A stretch of DNA of 64,000 nt. It comes from Flavobacterium sp. GTDB lineage: Bacteria > Bacteroidota > Bacteroidia > Flavobacteriales > Flavobacteriaceae. Shown in pieces: positions 30,528-40,557 of the stretch. The stretch lies in contig JAYTVI010000080.1 in NCBI GenBank assembly GCA_043744095.1, forward strand, positions 12,280 through 76,279, in the 5' to 3' direction. The stretch's first letter is position 1. Each line of letters starts with the position of its first letter. The notes under the pieces were generated by a model. That model searched no databases and was not told the DNA's origin. It saw nothing but the letters and a program-made list of their open reading frames with translations. Position numbers and translations under genes: made by a program.

Positions 30528-31532
30528 AATCGCCTTATTTATTTCTTTTACTAATTTTGGTCCTTCGTAAATAAATCCGGTGTAAAGCTGAATTAAACTT
30601 GCTCCAGCGTCAAGTTTATCGATTGCATCTTGTGCTGAATGAATTCCGCCAACACCAATAATTGGAAACGATTTATTGCTTTTTTCAGATAAAAAACGGA
30701 TGACTTCTGTAGAACGTTTTGTTAATGGTTTTCCTGATAAACCGCCTATTTCTGATTTGTTTTCAGATTGTAATCCTTCTCTTGAAAGTGTTGTATTGGT
30801 TGCAATTACACCTGCAATTTTGGTTTCGTTTACAATATCAATAATGTCAAGAAGTTGCGATTCGGTTAAATCGGGTGCTATTTTTAGAAGAATTGGTTTT
30901 TGTTTTGGTTTAGCTAAGTTTTTATTTTGAAGCGTTTGCAAAAGCTCTGTTAATGGTTTTTTATCTTGCAATTCACGAAGATTTGGTGTGTTTGGCGAAC
31001 TAACGTTTACCACAAAATAATCTACATAATCAAAAAGTGCTTCAAAACAAATCTCGTAATCTTGTGAGGCATTTTCATTTGGCGTAAGCTTATTTTTACC
31101 AATATTACCTCCAATTAAAATATCTTTATTGTTTCTTAATCTTTGTACAGCTTCTTGAACTCCAGCATTATTGAAACCCATTCTATTGATAATTGCCGAA
31201 TCTTCTTTTAATCGAAATAATCGTTTCTTTGGATTTCCTTCTTGACCAACTGGCGTTAATGTTCCAATTTCTATAAATCCGAATCCAAAATTGGAAAGTT
31301 CTTTATATAAAACAGCATTTTTATCAAATCCTGCTGCTAATCCTACTGGATTTGGAAATTTTAATCCAAAAACTTCGGTTTCTAAACGTTTATCATTTAC
31401 TAAAAAAAGGGATTTAAAAAGTGATTTGAATCCGGGTATTTTAGATAAAAATCGGATTATTGAAAAAGTAAAATAATGCACTTTTTCTGGATCAAACCAA
31501 AAAAGTATGGGACGTATAAAAAGTATGTACAT
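30510..31532 (-). CDS. pyrD: Quinone-dependent dihydroorotate dehydrogenase
   Basis: [43 protein letters not shown]. Confidence 0.96.
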   Translation of the reverse strand: MYILFIRPILFWFDPEKVHYFTFSIIRFLSKIPGFKSLFKSLFLVNDKRLETEVFGLKFPNPVGLAAGFDKNAVLYKELSNFGFGFIEIGTLTPVGQEGNPKKRLFRLKEDSAIINRMGFNNAGVQEAVQRLRNNKDILIGGNIGKNKLTPNENASQDYEICFEALFDYVDYFVVNVSSPNTPNLRELQDKKPLTELLQTLQNKNLAKPKQKPILLKIAPDLTESQLLDIIDIVNETKIAGVIATNTTLSREGLQSENKSEIGGLSGKPLTKRSTEVIRFLSEKSNKSFPIIGVGGIHSAQDAIDKLDAGASLIQLYTGFIYEGPKLVKEINKAILKRKS

Positions 31533-31626
31533 TTTGTTTTGCTTGTCCTAATAAAAATCAGGTTTGTGTCTTGCAAAAATAGAAATAAGTTTATGGATTT
31601 TATATCTTAAGAAAAATAAATTTGGA

Positions 31627-32268
31627 CTAACTTTTATTTTCTAATAACGGAACAAACTTAAAATCACCTAATTCATGTTTTTCAAATTGAGTTTCACTTT
31701 TACGAATTAACAAAGTCATAATTTGATTGACTTCACCTAGTGGAATAACAAGTCGTCCTCCTATTTTGAGTTGTGCCATCAATGGCTTTGGAATAATTGG
31801 TGCGCCAGCAGTAACAATAATACTATCAAATGGTGCGTGATTAGGCAAACCTTTATACCCATCACCAAAAGAGAGATGTTTGGGTCTAATTCCCAATTTT
31901 GGTAACAATGCAGCCGTTTGTTTAAACAATTCGTTTTGTCGTTCTATACTGTAAACTTTAGCACCTAGCAAATACAAAACTGCTGTCTGATAACCTGAAC
32001 CTGTACCAATTTCTAAAATTTTATCTCCTTTTTTTATTTCTAATAATTGACTTTGAAAAGCAACTGTATAAGGTTGAGAAATTGTTTGTCCAGCACCAAT
32101 TGGAAATGCTTTGTCTTGATATGCATAATCTTCAAAACTTGAATTCAAAAATAAATGTCTTGGAATTTTTTTAATAGTTTCTAAAACATTTTTGTCTGAT
32201 ATTCCTTTTTCTTCCAAAAGTTTTACCAATTGATTTCGAAGTCCTTGATGTTTGGCTGTATCTTTCAT
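31627..32268 (-). CDS. pcm: Protein-L-isoaspartate O-methyltransferase
   Basis: GQTISQP, LEIGTGSGYQ, GDGYKG, APFDSIIVTA, FVPL. Confidence 0.95.
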   Translation of the reverse strand: MKDTAKHQGLRNQLVKLLEEKGISDKNVLETIKKIPRHLFLNSSFEDYAYQDKAFPIGAGQTISQPYTVAFQSQLLEIKKGDKILEIGTGSGYQTAVLYLLGAKVYSIERQNELFKQTAALLPKLGIRPKHLSFGDGYKGLPNHAPFDSIIVTAGAPIIPKPLMAQLKIGGRLVIPLGEVNQIMTLLIRKSETQFEKHELGDFKFVPLLENKS

Positions 32269-32425
32269 TTTTTTTGCGAGGAATGCAACAATCTAATTCC
32301 TTTTTTTATTTTGGTAAAAATAGAAAACAAAAATGCAATAATCAATTCCAATTCAATGAAAATTTATTTCAAAAACAAGCCAAGCAATTATTAATTAATT
32401 TCTACTTTTGTTAAAAATCAATACC

Positions 32426-33391
32426 ATGTTAAAAATAGGAGTTTTAGGTGCTGGACATTTAGGAAAAATTCACTTACGATTATTAGAACAATCCGAAAAA
32501 TATGAATTAGTAGGGTTTTATGATGAAAATTTAGAAAATGGTGCGAAAATAGCTTCAGAATATGGTTACAGACAATTTTTAACCATCGCAACACTCATTC
32601 ACGCTGTAGATGTTATTGATATTGTGACACCAACTCTTTCTCATTACAAATGTGCTAAAGTTGCCATCAAATCAGGAAAACATGTTTTTATAGAAAAACC
32701 TATTTCTAATACTGTTGCTGAAGCTGAAGAAATCATAGCACTATCAAAAGAATATAAGGTAAAAGGTCAAGTAGGTCACGTTGAACGATTTAATCCTGCG
32801 TTTACAGCTGTAAAAGAAATGATTGAACAACCTATGTTTATTGAAACGCATCGTTTGGCAGAATTTAATCCGCGTGGAACTGATGTTCCTGTAGTTTTAG
32901 ATTTGATGATTCACGACATTGATGCTATTTTGAGTGTAGTAAAATCTAAAGTAAAAGCTGTTCACGCAAGTGGTGTTTCGGTTTTGAGTCAATCTCCAGA
33001 TATAGCTAATGCTCGTATTGAATTTGAAAATGGTTGTGTTGCAAACATTACTTCGAGTAGAATTTCGATGAAGAATATGCGTAAATCAAGATTTTTTCAA
33101 AAAGACGCTTATATTTCTGTAGATTATCTTGACAAAGTTTGTGAAGTGGTCAAAATGAAAGATGCACCAGAGGTGCCAGGAGATTTTGATATGATTTTGC
33201 AAAATGCCGAAGGTGATAAAAAACAAATTTATTTTGACAATCCCGAAGTAGAAACCAACAATGCAATACTAGACGAATTAGAAACTTTTGCGGATGCTAT
33301 CAATAATAATACAACACCAATTGTAACTTTAGAAGATGGAACTGAAGCTTTGCGTGTGGCATATATGATTATTGATTCGATGGAAGAATAA
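32426..33391 (+). CDS. Gfo/Idh/MocA oxidoreductase
   Basis: GAGHLG, HVFIEKP, GHVERFNP, DLMIHDID; the upstream TTG start lies in the TACTTTTG promoter element, so ATG 32426 is preferred. Confidence 0.9.
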   Translation: MLKIGVLGAGHLGKIHLRLLEQSEKYELVGFYDENLENGAKIASEYGYRQFLTIATLIHAVDVIDIVTPTLSHYKCAKVAIKSGKHVFIEKPISNTVAEAEEIIALSKEYKVKGQVGHVERFNPAFTAVKEMIEQPMFIETHRLAEFNPRGTDVPVVLDLMIHDIDAILSVVKSKVKAVHASGVSVLSQSPDIANARIEFENGCVANITSSRISMKNMRKSRFFQKDAYISVDYLDKVCEVVKMKDAPEVPGDFDMILQNAEGDKKQIYFDNPEVETNNAILDELETFADAINNNTTPIVTLEDGTEALRVAYMIIDSMEE

Positions 33392-33396
33392 CTCAT

Positions 33397-34007
33397 TTGG
33401 AAGTTAAATTAGAAATAAAGTTTAATAATCAAAAGCAAATTTTTGAAATTTTAGATAATGAAATTGCTGTAGATTTAAATACATCAAAACATAAATTAAA
33501 ATACAAAATTCCCCTTGAAGATATTCAAAAAAATTATCATATTATAAATGGAACTCCTGATAAAATAACTAATCGATTATATGCTTCACTTTTTTTAAAT
33601 GTTTTTTTAATATTATATTGCATTACAATAGTAAATAATGCACCACCATTAGCAATAAAAATGATGACTGTATTATTGTTATTACCTTTTGTTTTTATTT
33701 TAATTAAAAACAATCAAGAATATGAAGAAAAACATATAGAATCATCAAAATTATTCTATTTTATATATACTAAAAAAATGCATCTGAAATAGACCGTTTT
33801 ATTGATTTAATTTATCTAAAACAAATTAATTTTTTTAGACAAAAATATTTTATAATTGATTCTATTTTACCATATAATATTCAATATGAAAGATATATTT
33901 GGCTCTATTCAAATAAATATATAAATGAAAATGAATATGAAAATGAATATGAAATAATAAAAAATGAATTAGATAAATACTTTAATTTCAATATAAATAA
34001 TATTTAA
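33397..34007 (+). pseudogene. Hypothetical membrane protein frameshifted at an A7 tract (33772-33778)
   Basis: ORF stops at 33792, but an alternative frame stays open from 33777 (NASEIDRFIDLIY...ELDKYFNFNINNI) to TAA 34005-34007; one added A joins them. Confidence 0.75.
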
Positions 34008-34009
34008 TA

Positions 34010-34900
34010 ATGAAAACAATTGCAGTAATAGGCGCAGGAACAATGGGCAACGGAATTGCTCACACTTTTGCACAAAACGGTTTTACCGTAAAATTAATAG
34101 ATGTTTCCGAAAAATCTTTGGAAAAAGGAATGGCAACTATAGCTTCCAATCTTGAAAGAATGGTTGCAAAAGGAACAATTACCGAAGATGATAAACACAA
34201 AACTATTTTAAATATAATCACTTACACCGACATTAAAGATGGCGTTGTTGGAACCGATTTAGTTGTAGAAGCAGCAACAGAAAACGTAACGTTGAAACTA
34301 AATATTTTCAAACAATTGAGTGAAGTTTGCGATCATAATGTGATTTTAGCAACCAATACTTCATCTATTTCTATCACACAAATTGCTGCACAAGTTGTTC
34401 ATCCAGAACGTGTTATTGGAATGCATTTTATGAATCCAGTGCCAATTATGAAATTGGTTGAAATCATTCGTGGATACAATACTTCTGACGAAGTGACTAA
34501 AATTATTATGGATTTATCAGTAAAATTAGGAAAAACGCCAACAGAAGTCAATGATTATCCTGGTTTTGTTGCTAATAGAATTTTAATGCCAATGATAAAC
34601 GAATCTATCGAAACCTTGTACAACAAAGTTGCAGGCGTTCAAGAAATTGATACAGTAATGAAACTTGGCATGGCACATCCAATGGGACCATTGCAATTAG
34701 CCGATTTTATCGGATTGGACGTTTGTCTTTCAATATTAAATGTACTATATGACGGCTTTAAAAATCCAAAATATGCTCCTTGCCCACTTTTAGTAAATAT
34801 GGTTATGGCAGGAAAACTTGGTATAAAATCGGGCGAGGGTTTTTATGATTATTCTGAATGTAAAAAAGCAGAGAAAGTTTCTAAACAATTCTCAAAATAA
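34010..34900 (+). CDS. hbd: 3-hydroxybutyryl-CoA dehydrogenase
   Basis: GAGTMGNGIA, VEAATE, NTSS, GMHFMNP, PGFVANR, HPMGP. Confidence 0.92.
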   Translation: MKTIAVIGAGTMGNGIAHTFAQNGFTVKLIDVSEKSLEKGMATIASNLERMVAKGTITEDDKHKTILNIITYTDIKDGVVGTDLVVEAATENVTLKLNIFKQLSEVCDHNVILATNTSSISITQIAAQVVHPERVIGMHFMNPVPIMKLVEIIRGYNTSDEVTKIIMDLSVKLGKTPTEVNDYPGFVANRILMPMINESIETLYNKVAGVQEIDTVMKLGMAHPMGPLQLADFIGLDVCLSILNVLYDGFKNPKYAPCPLLVNMVMAGKLGIKSGEGFYDYSECKKAEKVSKQFSK

Positions 34901-34942
34901 TTGATTATTAAAATCAAAAATTATTGATTTTTAAATAAATAT

Positions 34943-36163
34943 ATGGCAAAAATAGTTCCTTTTCAAGCAGTTAGACCTACTCGGGACAAAGTTTGTCTGG
35001 TAACTTGTCGATCGTATGAAGAATATGTAAATGCTGAATTAGCAGCGCAATTAGACTTCAATCCATTGTCGTTTTTGCATATATTAAAGCCTGCTTATAT
35101 CAATCAGCAATCGATAGCTTTTGAAAAAAGATACAAACAAGTGCATCAAAAATATCTTGAATTCAAAAACGAAGGAATTTTGATGAAAGACAAAAAACCT
35201 GCTATTTATATTCATAAAATTGTTACCAAAAAACAATCCTTCTCGGGAATAATTGTTGGCACAAGTTTGGATGATTATAAAAATAATGTCATCAAAAAAC
35301 ATGAAGATACAATTGCTTTTCGGGTTCGATTACTCAAAGAATATATGAAATATTCTGAGTTTAATACCGAACCAGTTTTGATGACTTATCCAGATAATAA
35401 AACAATAGAAAACTGGATTTTTAATTGTACTCAAAAACTAGCCGATTTTGAGTTTTCAACCACAAAAAAAGAGACTCATTATTTATGGAAAATTGATGAT
35501 ATACTTGAAATAGAATGGCTTCAGAAAATTTTTGAGAAAATACAAAATCTTTATATTGCAGATGGTCATCATCGTTCTGAAGCGGCCAAATTACTTTCTG
35601 ATGAAAATGAAAATTCCAATAATGAGGCAAAAAACTTTTTACTAAGTTATCTTATTTCTGAAAATAATGTCAAAATACTAGAATTCAATAGGTTGATAAA
35701 AGATTTAAACGGATTATCAAAAGTAGATTTTTTAAAAAAAATAGAAAATCATTTTGAAATCGAAAATCATTTGCAAAATCCTTTTCAACCAAAACATAAA
35801 CAAGAGTTTGGTATGTATCTTGATGCTGAATTTTACAAAATAACGTATCGCAAAGAAAAACGAAATTTTTCGTCTGCTTTAGAAAGTTTAGATACTCAAA
35901 TATTGTATGAAAATGTTTTATTGCCTATTCTTAATATTCAGGATTTGCGAAATGACGAACGCATCGAATATCTTTCTGGAAAACATACTATTCAAGAAGT
36001 AAAACAAAAAATTGACGAAGAAGAATTTGCCGTTGGATTTATTCTTTTTCCTTCAAACATCAACGAAATAAAAGCTTTGGCAGATCAAAATTTGATAATG
36101 CCTCCAAAAAGTACGTATATTGAACCAAAGTTTCGAAGTGGATTGATAGTTTATGAACTTTAG
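34943..36163 (+). CDS. DUF1015 family protein
   Basis: IKKHE.T, YIADGHHR, MPPKSTYIEPK.RSGL. Confidence 0.88.
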   Translation: MAKIVPFQAVRPTRDKVCLVTCRSYEEYVNAELAAQLDFNPLSFLHILKPAYINQQSIAFEKRYKQVHQKYLEFKNEGILMKDKKPAIYIHKIVTKKQSFSGIIVGTSLDDYKNNVIKKHEDTIAFRVRLLKEYMKYSEFNTEPVLMTYPDNKTIENWIFNCTQKLADFEFSTTKKETHYLWKIDDILEIEWLQKIFEKIQNLYIADGHHRSEAAKLLSDENENSNNEAKNFLLSYLISENNVKILEFNRLIKDLNGLSKVDFLKKIENHFEIENHLQNPFQPKHKQEFGMYLDAEFYKITYRKEKRNFSSALESLDTQILYENVLLPILNIQDLRNDERIEYLSGKHTIQEVKQKIDEEEFAVGFILFPSNINEIKALADQNLIMPPKSTYIEPKFRSGLIVYEL

Positions 36164-36232
36164 ATTAACGATTTTTGATTATATATTTTTAAAACTGATT
36201 ACTAATAACAGAATGCTGAATACTTATATAAA

Positions 36233-36889
36233 ATGTCAATCAAAAATAACTTACTCCAAATAAAATCCCAATTACCAAATCACGTAACACTAGTAGCAGT
36301 TTCTAAAACCAAACCTGTTGCCGATTTGATGGAAGCTTACGATACTGGTCAACGCATATTTGGCGAAAACTATGTTCAAGAATTAGTTGATAAACACGAA
36401 CAAATGCCAAAAGATATCGAATGGCATTTTATTGGGCATTTACAATCCCGAAAAGTAAAACTTATTGCACCTTTTGTAAGTTTGATTCACGGTGTTGATA
36501 GTTTGAAATTATTAGAAGAAATCAATAAAGAAGCCAAGAAAAATAACCGTGTAATTGATATTTTATTACAAATAAGTATTGCAGAAGAAGACACAAAATT
36601 TGGATTAGAATTTGAAGAAGTTACTGAAATAATAGAATATGTAAATGACGATAACAAAGCACCAAACATTCGTATCGTTGGAGTTATGGCAATGGCAACA
36701 AATACTGATAATGAGGAGCAAATAAAAAATGAATTTGGATATTTGATTCACATATTTGATGTTCTAAATATGATTTCATCAGATATTACTATTAAATCAA
36801 TTGGAATGAGTGCTGATTATAAAATTGCAATAAAATGTGGTAGTAATATGATTCGAATTGGAAGTAGTATCTTTGGAAATAGAAAATGA
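36233..36889 (+). CDS. yggS: PLP homeostasis protein YggS
   Basis: LVAVSKTKP, FGENYVQE, WHFIGHLQS, GMS.DY..AI..GS.MIRIGSSIFG. Confidence 0.93.
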   Translation: MSIKNNLLQIKSQLPNHVTLVAVSKTKPVADLMEAYDTGQRIFGENYVQELVDKHEQMPKDIEWHFIGHLQSRKVKLIAPFVSLIHGVDSLKLLEEINKEAKKNNRVIDILLQISIAEEDTKFGLEFEEVTEIIEYVNDDNKAPNIRIVGVMAMATNTDNEEQIKNEFGYLIHIFDVLNMISSDITIKSIGMSADYKIAIKCGSNMIRIGSSIFGNRK

Positions 36890-36957
36890 CAATATCAATA
36901 TCAATGTCAATATCAATGTCAATATCAAAAATCAAATTCAAAAATCAAATTCAATGA
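36890..36957 (+). repeat. Array of 11 CAA(T/A)nn hexa/heptamer units upstream of the four-helix-bundle gene
   Basis: CAATAT CAATAT CAATGT CAATAT CAATGT CAATAT CAAAAAT CAAATT CAAAAAT CAAATT CAATGA. Confidence 0.9.
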
Positions 36958-36972
36958 CGAAATATAAAATAA

Positions 36973-37341
36973 ATGGAAGATAATAACATATTTAGTGAGA
37001 AAATATTCAATTTTGAAGATAGATTGGTTCGTTTTGCTGGAGAATGTATTTTCTTTACAAGAAAATTAGATAAAAGTTATGAAAGTGAATATTACAAAAA
37101 TCAACTAATTCGTTCCTCTGGAAGTTCATCCCTAAATTTTGGCGAAGCTCAAGGAACAATTACCGATAAAGATTTTATATTTAAGGTTGGATTATCTGTA
37201 AAAGAATTGAAAGAATCAAGAAACTCATTGAAAATTTTAAACTACATCAAAGAAGGTGATGAATCTATAAGTCTTTTACTTTTAAAAGAAGTTGAAGAAT
37301 TAATAGCAATAGCATCAAAAATGATAATTAATAAAAAATAA
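36973..37341 (+). CDS. Four helix bundle protein (23S rRNA IVP / bAvd-like)
   Basis: EDRLVRFA...QLIRSSGS.SLNFGEAQ....KDFIFK...SVKELKESRNSL. Confidence 0.9.
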   Translation: MEDNNIFSEKIFNFEDRLVRFAGECIFFTRKLDKSYESEYYKNQLIRSSGSSSLNFGEAQGTITDKDFIFKVGLSVKELKESRNSLKILNYIKEGDESISLLLLKEVEELIAIASKMIINKK

Positions 37342-37342
37342 T

Positions 37343-37460
37343 TTTTCAATATCAATTAAAATGACAATTGCAAAATTCAATTTTTAAAATTCTTAGAATT
37401 TAAATTGATTTTTAAAATTGATATTGATTTTTGAAATTGAAATTGATATTGCAATTGAAA
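37343..37460 (+). repeat. Downstream CAAT tract followed by a complementary ATTG tract
   Basis: tcaatatcaatt (37346-37357) is the reverse complement of aattgatattga (37416-37427); ttgatttttgaa (37424-37435) is complementary to 36937-36948. Confidence 0.85.
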
Positions 37461-38822
37461 ATGTACTGCATACTAGACATAGAAACCACTGGTGGTCAAT
37501 TCAATGAAGAAGGAATTACCGAAATCGCCATCTACAAATTTGATGGTCACAAAATTGTAGACCAGTTTATTAGTTTAATCAATCCCGAAATACCTATTCA
37601 GCCCTTTGTAGTAAAATTAACAGGTATTAATAATGCAATGTTAAAATCTGCTCCGAAGTTTTTTGAAGTGGCAAAACGAATTATCGAAATCACTCAAGAT
37701 TCTATTATTGTTGCTCACAATGCCACTTTTGATTATCGAATTCTTAGAACCGAATTCAGACGTTTGGGTTACGAATTTAAAGCCAAAAACCTTTGTACCG
37801 TAGAATTAGCAAAAGTGCTTATTCCAGATCAACCTTCGTATAGTTTGGGGAAATTAGTTCGTGCTCTAGGAATTCCAATGGCAGATAGACATCGTGCAAC
37901 TGGAGATGCAATGGCAACAGTTAAGTTGTTTAAAATGCTTCTCGAGAAAGACTTAGAAAAGGTTATTGTAAAAAGTCTTATTCAAACCGAAGTAAAAAGT
38001 GGTATTGCTCCAAAACTTATTGATATAATTGAAAATATTCCTTCAAAAACAGGTATTTATTATATTCATAATCAAAAAGGTACTATGATTTATATTGGAA
38101 AAAGCAATAACATCAAAAAAAGAATTAATCAGCATTTTACAGGTACAAGTACCAAAAGCAAAAAGATTCAAGCAGAAGTATATACAGTAACATATGATGA
38201 AACAGGAAGCGAACTAATTGCCTTATTAAAAGAAAGTGAAGAAATAAAAATAAACAAACCAATCTATAATAGAGCACAACGCAAAAGTATTTTTCAAATT
38301 GCTTTATATGTTGAAAAAGATACCAATGGTTATCTCAATTTGAGTTTACAAAAAGCCGATGGACGCAAAAAAGAAATAACCTCTTTTGCCTCGTTACAAG
38401 AAGGAAAAAATGCATTATTTCGCATCACTTCTCATTATAAATTATGTCAGAAACTAACAGGATTGTATCAATCTAAAACCGAATGTTTTCAGCATAAAAT
38501 AAACGAATGTGATGGCGCTTGTATTGGCAAAGTTTCATCAGAAGTATATAATGAAAGAGTTCAGGATTTTATCATTAACAGTGATTACGAAAATCAAAAT
38601 ATGATTATCATTGATAAAGGAAGAACAATCAACGAACGCAGCGCTGTTTTGATCGAAAACGGAATTTATAAAGGGTATGCTTTTTATGATTTGAACTATC
38701 AAATACTCAATATTTCTATACTGAAAAATATTTTAATTCCGATGCAAAACAATCGTGATACCAAACATATAATTCAAAGTCAGCTTAGAAAAAATAAGTT
38801 TTTGAAAATATTGAAATTCTAA
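37461..38822 (+). CDS. DEDDh exonuclease (Pol III epsilon-like) fused to GIY-YIG domain
   Basis: ILDIETTG, VAHNATFD, HRATGDA; GIYY...IYIGKS; real start MYCILD (the upstream extension is repeat-derived). Confidence 0.9.
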   Translation: MYCILDIETTGGQFNEEGITEIAIYKFDGHKIVDQFISLINPEIPIQPFVVKLTGINNAMLKSAPKFFEVAKRIIEITQDSIIVAHNATFDYRILRTEFRRLGYEFKAKNLCTVELAKVLIPDQPSYSLGKLVRALGIPMADRHRATGDAMATVKLFKMLLEKDLEKVIVKSLIQTEVKSGIAPKLIDIIENIPSKTGIYYIHNQKGTMIYIGKSNNIKKRINQHFTGTSTKSKKIQAEVYTVTYDETGSELIALLKESEEIKINKPIYNRAQRKSIFQIALYVEKDTNGYLNLSLQKADGRKKEITSFASLQEGKNALFRITSHYKLCQKLTGLYQSKTECFQHKINECDGACIGKVSSEVYNERVQDFIINSDYENQNMIIIDKGRTINERSAVLIENGIYKGYAFYDLNYQILNISILKNILIPMQNNRDTKHIIQSQLRKNKFLKILKF

Positions 38823-38848
38823 TTGATACACTTTTGTGTTAATAATAA

Positions 38849-39790
38849 ATGAACTATTTAATCACAATCATCGGACCAACTGCAATAGGAAAAACTTCCT
38901 TGAGTATTGCTTTGGCGCAACATTTTGATTGCGATATAATTTCGTGTGATAGTCGTCAGTTTTTTAAGGAAATGAAAATTGGTACCGCAGTTCCAAACGA
39001 TGTTGAATTGGTAAGTGCTTCTCATCATTTTATTCAAAATAAAACTATTTTTGAAAATTATACTGTTGGTGATTTCGAAAAAGAAGCAATTGCAAAATTG
39101 GACGAATTATTTAAAAAAAATAACATCCAAATTATGGTTGGCGGTTCAGGTTTGTATGTCGATGCAGTTCTGAAAGGATTTGATTGTTTTCCAGAAATTG
39201 AAACAGATATTCGTGTAGAAGTTCGATTGAATTATGAAAAACAAGGAATTGAATATCTTCAAAATCAGTTGCAAAAATTAGATTTAGAATATTATAATTT
39301 TATTACAGAAACTAATCCGCAAACACTACAAAATCCACAACGAATGATGCGATTTGTAGAGGTATGTTTAGGAACTTCACAACCCTATTCTTCATTTTTA
39401 AACAAAGAAAAAAAACAAAGAAACTTCACTCCTATCCTTATCGGATTAGACGCAGAAAGAGAAGTAATATATAACAGAATTAACCAACGTGTCGATATTA
39501 TGATAAACGAAGGTTTATTAGCTGAAGCTGAAGAACTGTTTCTAAATAAAGATTTAAACGCCTTACAAACTGTTGGTTATAGTGAATTGTTTGACTATTT
39601 TGAAAATAAAATTAATTTAGAATTTGCTGTTGAAGAAATCAAAAAAAATACACGGAGATTTGCCAAACGTCAACTCACTTGGTTCAAACGTATTGAAAAT
39701 GTAAAATGGTTTGATTATTTTACAGATAAAAAAATAATAATTGACCATATCAATAAAATAATTTCAAATTATAATTTCAAATGCCAATAG
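38849..39790 (+). CDS. miaA: tRNA dimethylallyltransferase
   Basis: GPTAIGKT, CDSRQ, VGGSGLY, TVGY, TRRFAKRQLTWF. Confidence 0.96.
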   Translation: MNYLITIIGPTAIGKTSLSIALAQHFDCDIISCDSRQFFKEMKIGTAVPNDVELVSASHHFIQNKTIFENYTVGDFEKEAIAKLDELFKKNNIQIMVGGSGLYVDAVLKGFDCFPEIETDIRVEVRLNYEKQGIEYLQNQLQKLDLEYYNFITETNPQTLQNPQRMMRFVEVCLGTSQPYSSFLNKEKKQRNFTPILIGLDAEREVIYNRINQRVDIMINEGLLAEAEELFLNKDLNALQTVGYSELFDYFENKINLEFAVEEIKKNTRRFAKRQLTWFKRIENVKWFDYFTDKKIIIDHINKIISNYNFKCQ

Positions 39791-40518
39791 CATCAAATTT
39801 CACTTCAATTTATAGTAAAGATTGGGAAGTCAATTTTACGCAATGCACTCCAAATGGAATATTAAAATACACCGATTTATGCAATATGTTACAACTTACT
39901 GCTGCATCTCATTCTGAATTGGGAGGCATAAGTTTTGTTGAAATGCAACAATACAATCAAGCTTGGGTTTTGAGCAGAATGCGAGTAGAAATACTGCAAA
40001 TGCCAAAATGGAAAGACACAATCACTATAAAAACTTGGATTAAAAATCTCGAAAATTCACGATCTGTACGAGCCTTAGAAGTTTTTGTAAATAATAAAAA
40101 AATGATTGGATCTGAGACCTTCTGGGCAGTTTTTAATACAAAAACTAGAAAACCAGAAGCTTTGGCATTGCCACACGAACATTTTGAAAAATTTCCTGAT
40201 AACAAAGCTACACAAGTTACGTTTTCTAAAATAAACATCCAAAATGAGAAGGAAATTGTTTTTGAAAAAAAGGTTGTACTTTCTGATCTTGACATTGTCA
40301 ATCACGTTAATAATGTCAAATACCTAGAATGGTGTTTGGATTGTATTGATGAAAAAAACATTCTAAATCAAGCTATTACAAGTTTTGAGATGAATTTTAT
40401 GAAAGAATTATTTATAAAAGACAAAGTCGAAATTCACGAAAGTATTTCAGAAAATCATACTGTATTTAGCATCATTAAAGATGATAAAACTTGTTTTGCA
40501 CTTCAATTAAATTGGTAA
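39781..40518 (+). CDS. Acyl-ACP thioesterase
   Basis: AWVLSRM, PKWKD.I..KTW, SDLDIVNHVNN.KY. Confidence 0.88.
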   Translation: MPIASNFTSIYSKDWEVNFTQCTPNGILKYTDLCNMLQLTAASHSELGGISFVEMQQYNQAWVLSRMRVEILQMPKWKDTITIKTWIKNLENSRSVRALEVFVNNKKMIGSETFWAVFNTKTRKPEALALPHEHFEKFPDNKATQVTFSKINIQNEKEIVFEKKVVLSDLDIVNHVNNVKYLEWCLDCIDEKNILNQAITSFEMNFMKELFIKDKVEIHESISENHTVFSIIKDDKTCFALQLNW

Positions 40519-40557
40519 ATTTGTAACAAATCGCTCTTTTTGTTCACTAATAAAGAT

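Noticed and set aside
34901-34932. AAAATCAA/TTGATTTT hairpin after hbd, resembling the four-helix-bundle repeat units
   Set aside because: Short and almost all A/T; expected by chance or at most a weak terminator.
36973-37341. Four-helix-bundle gene as part of a diversity-generating retroelement
   Set aside because: No reverse transcriptase or TR/VR pair is visible in the window.
37431-37460. N-terminal extension MKLKLILQLK of the exonuclease
   Set aside because: It is translated repeat sequence; the family start is MYCILD at 37461.
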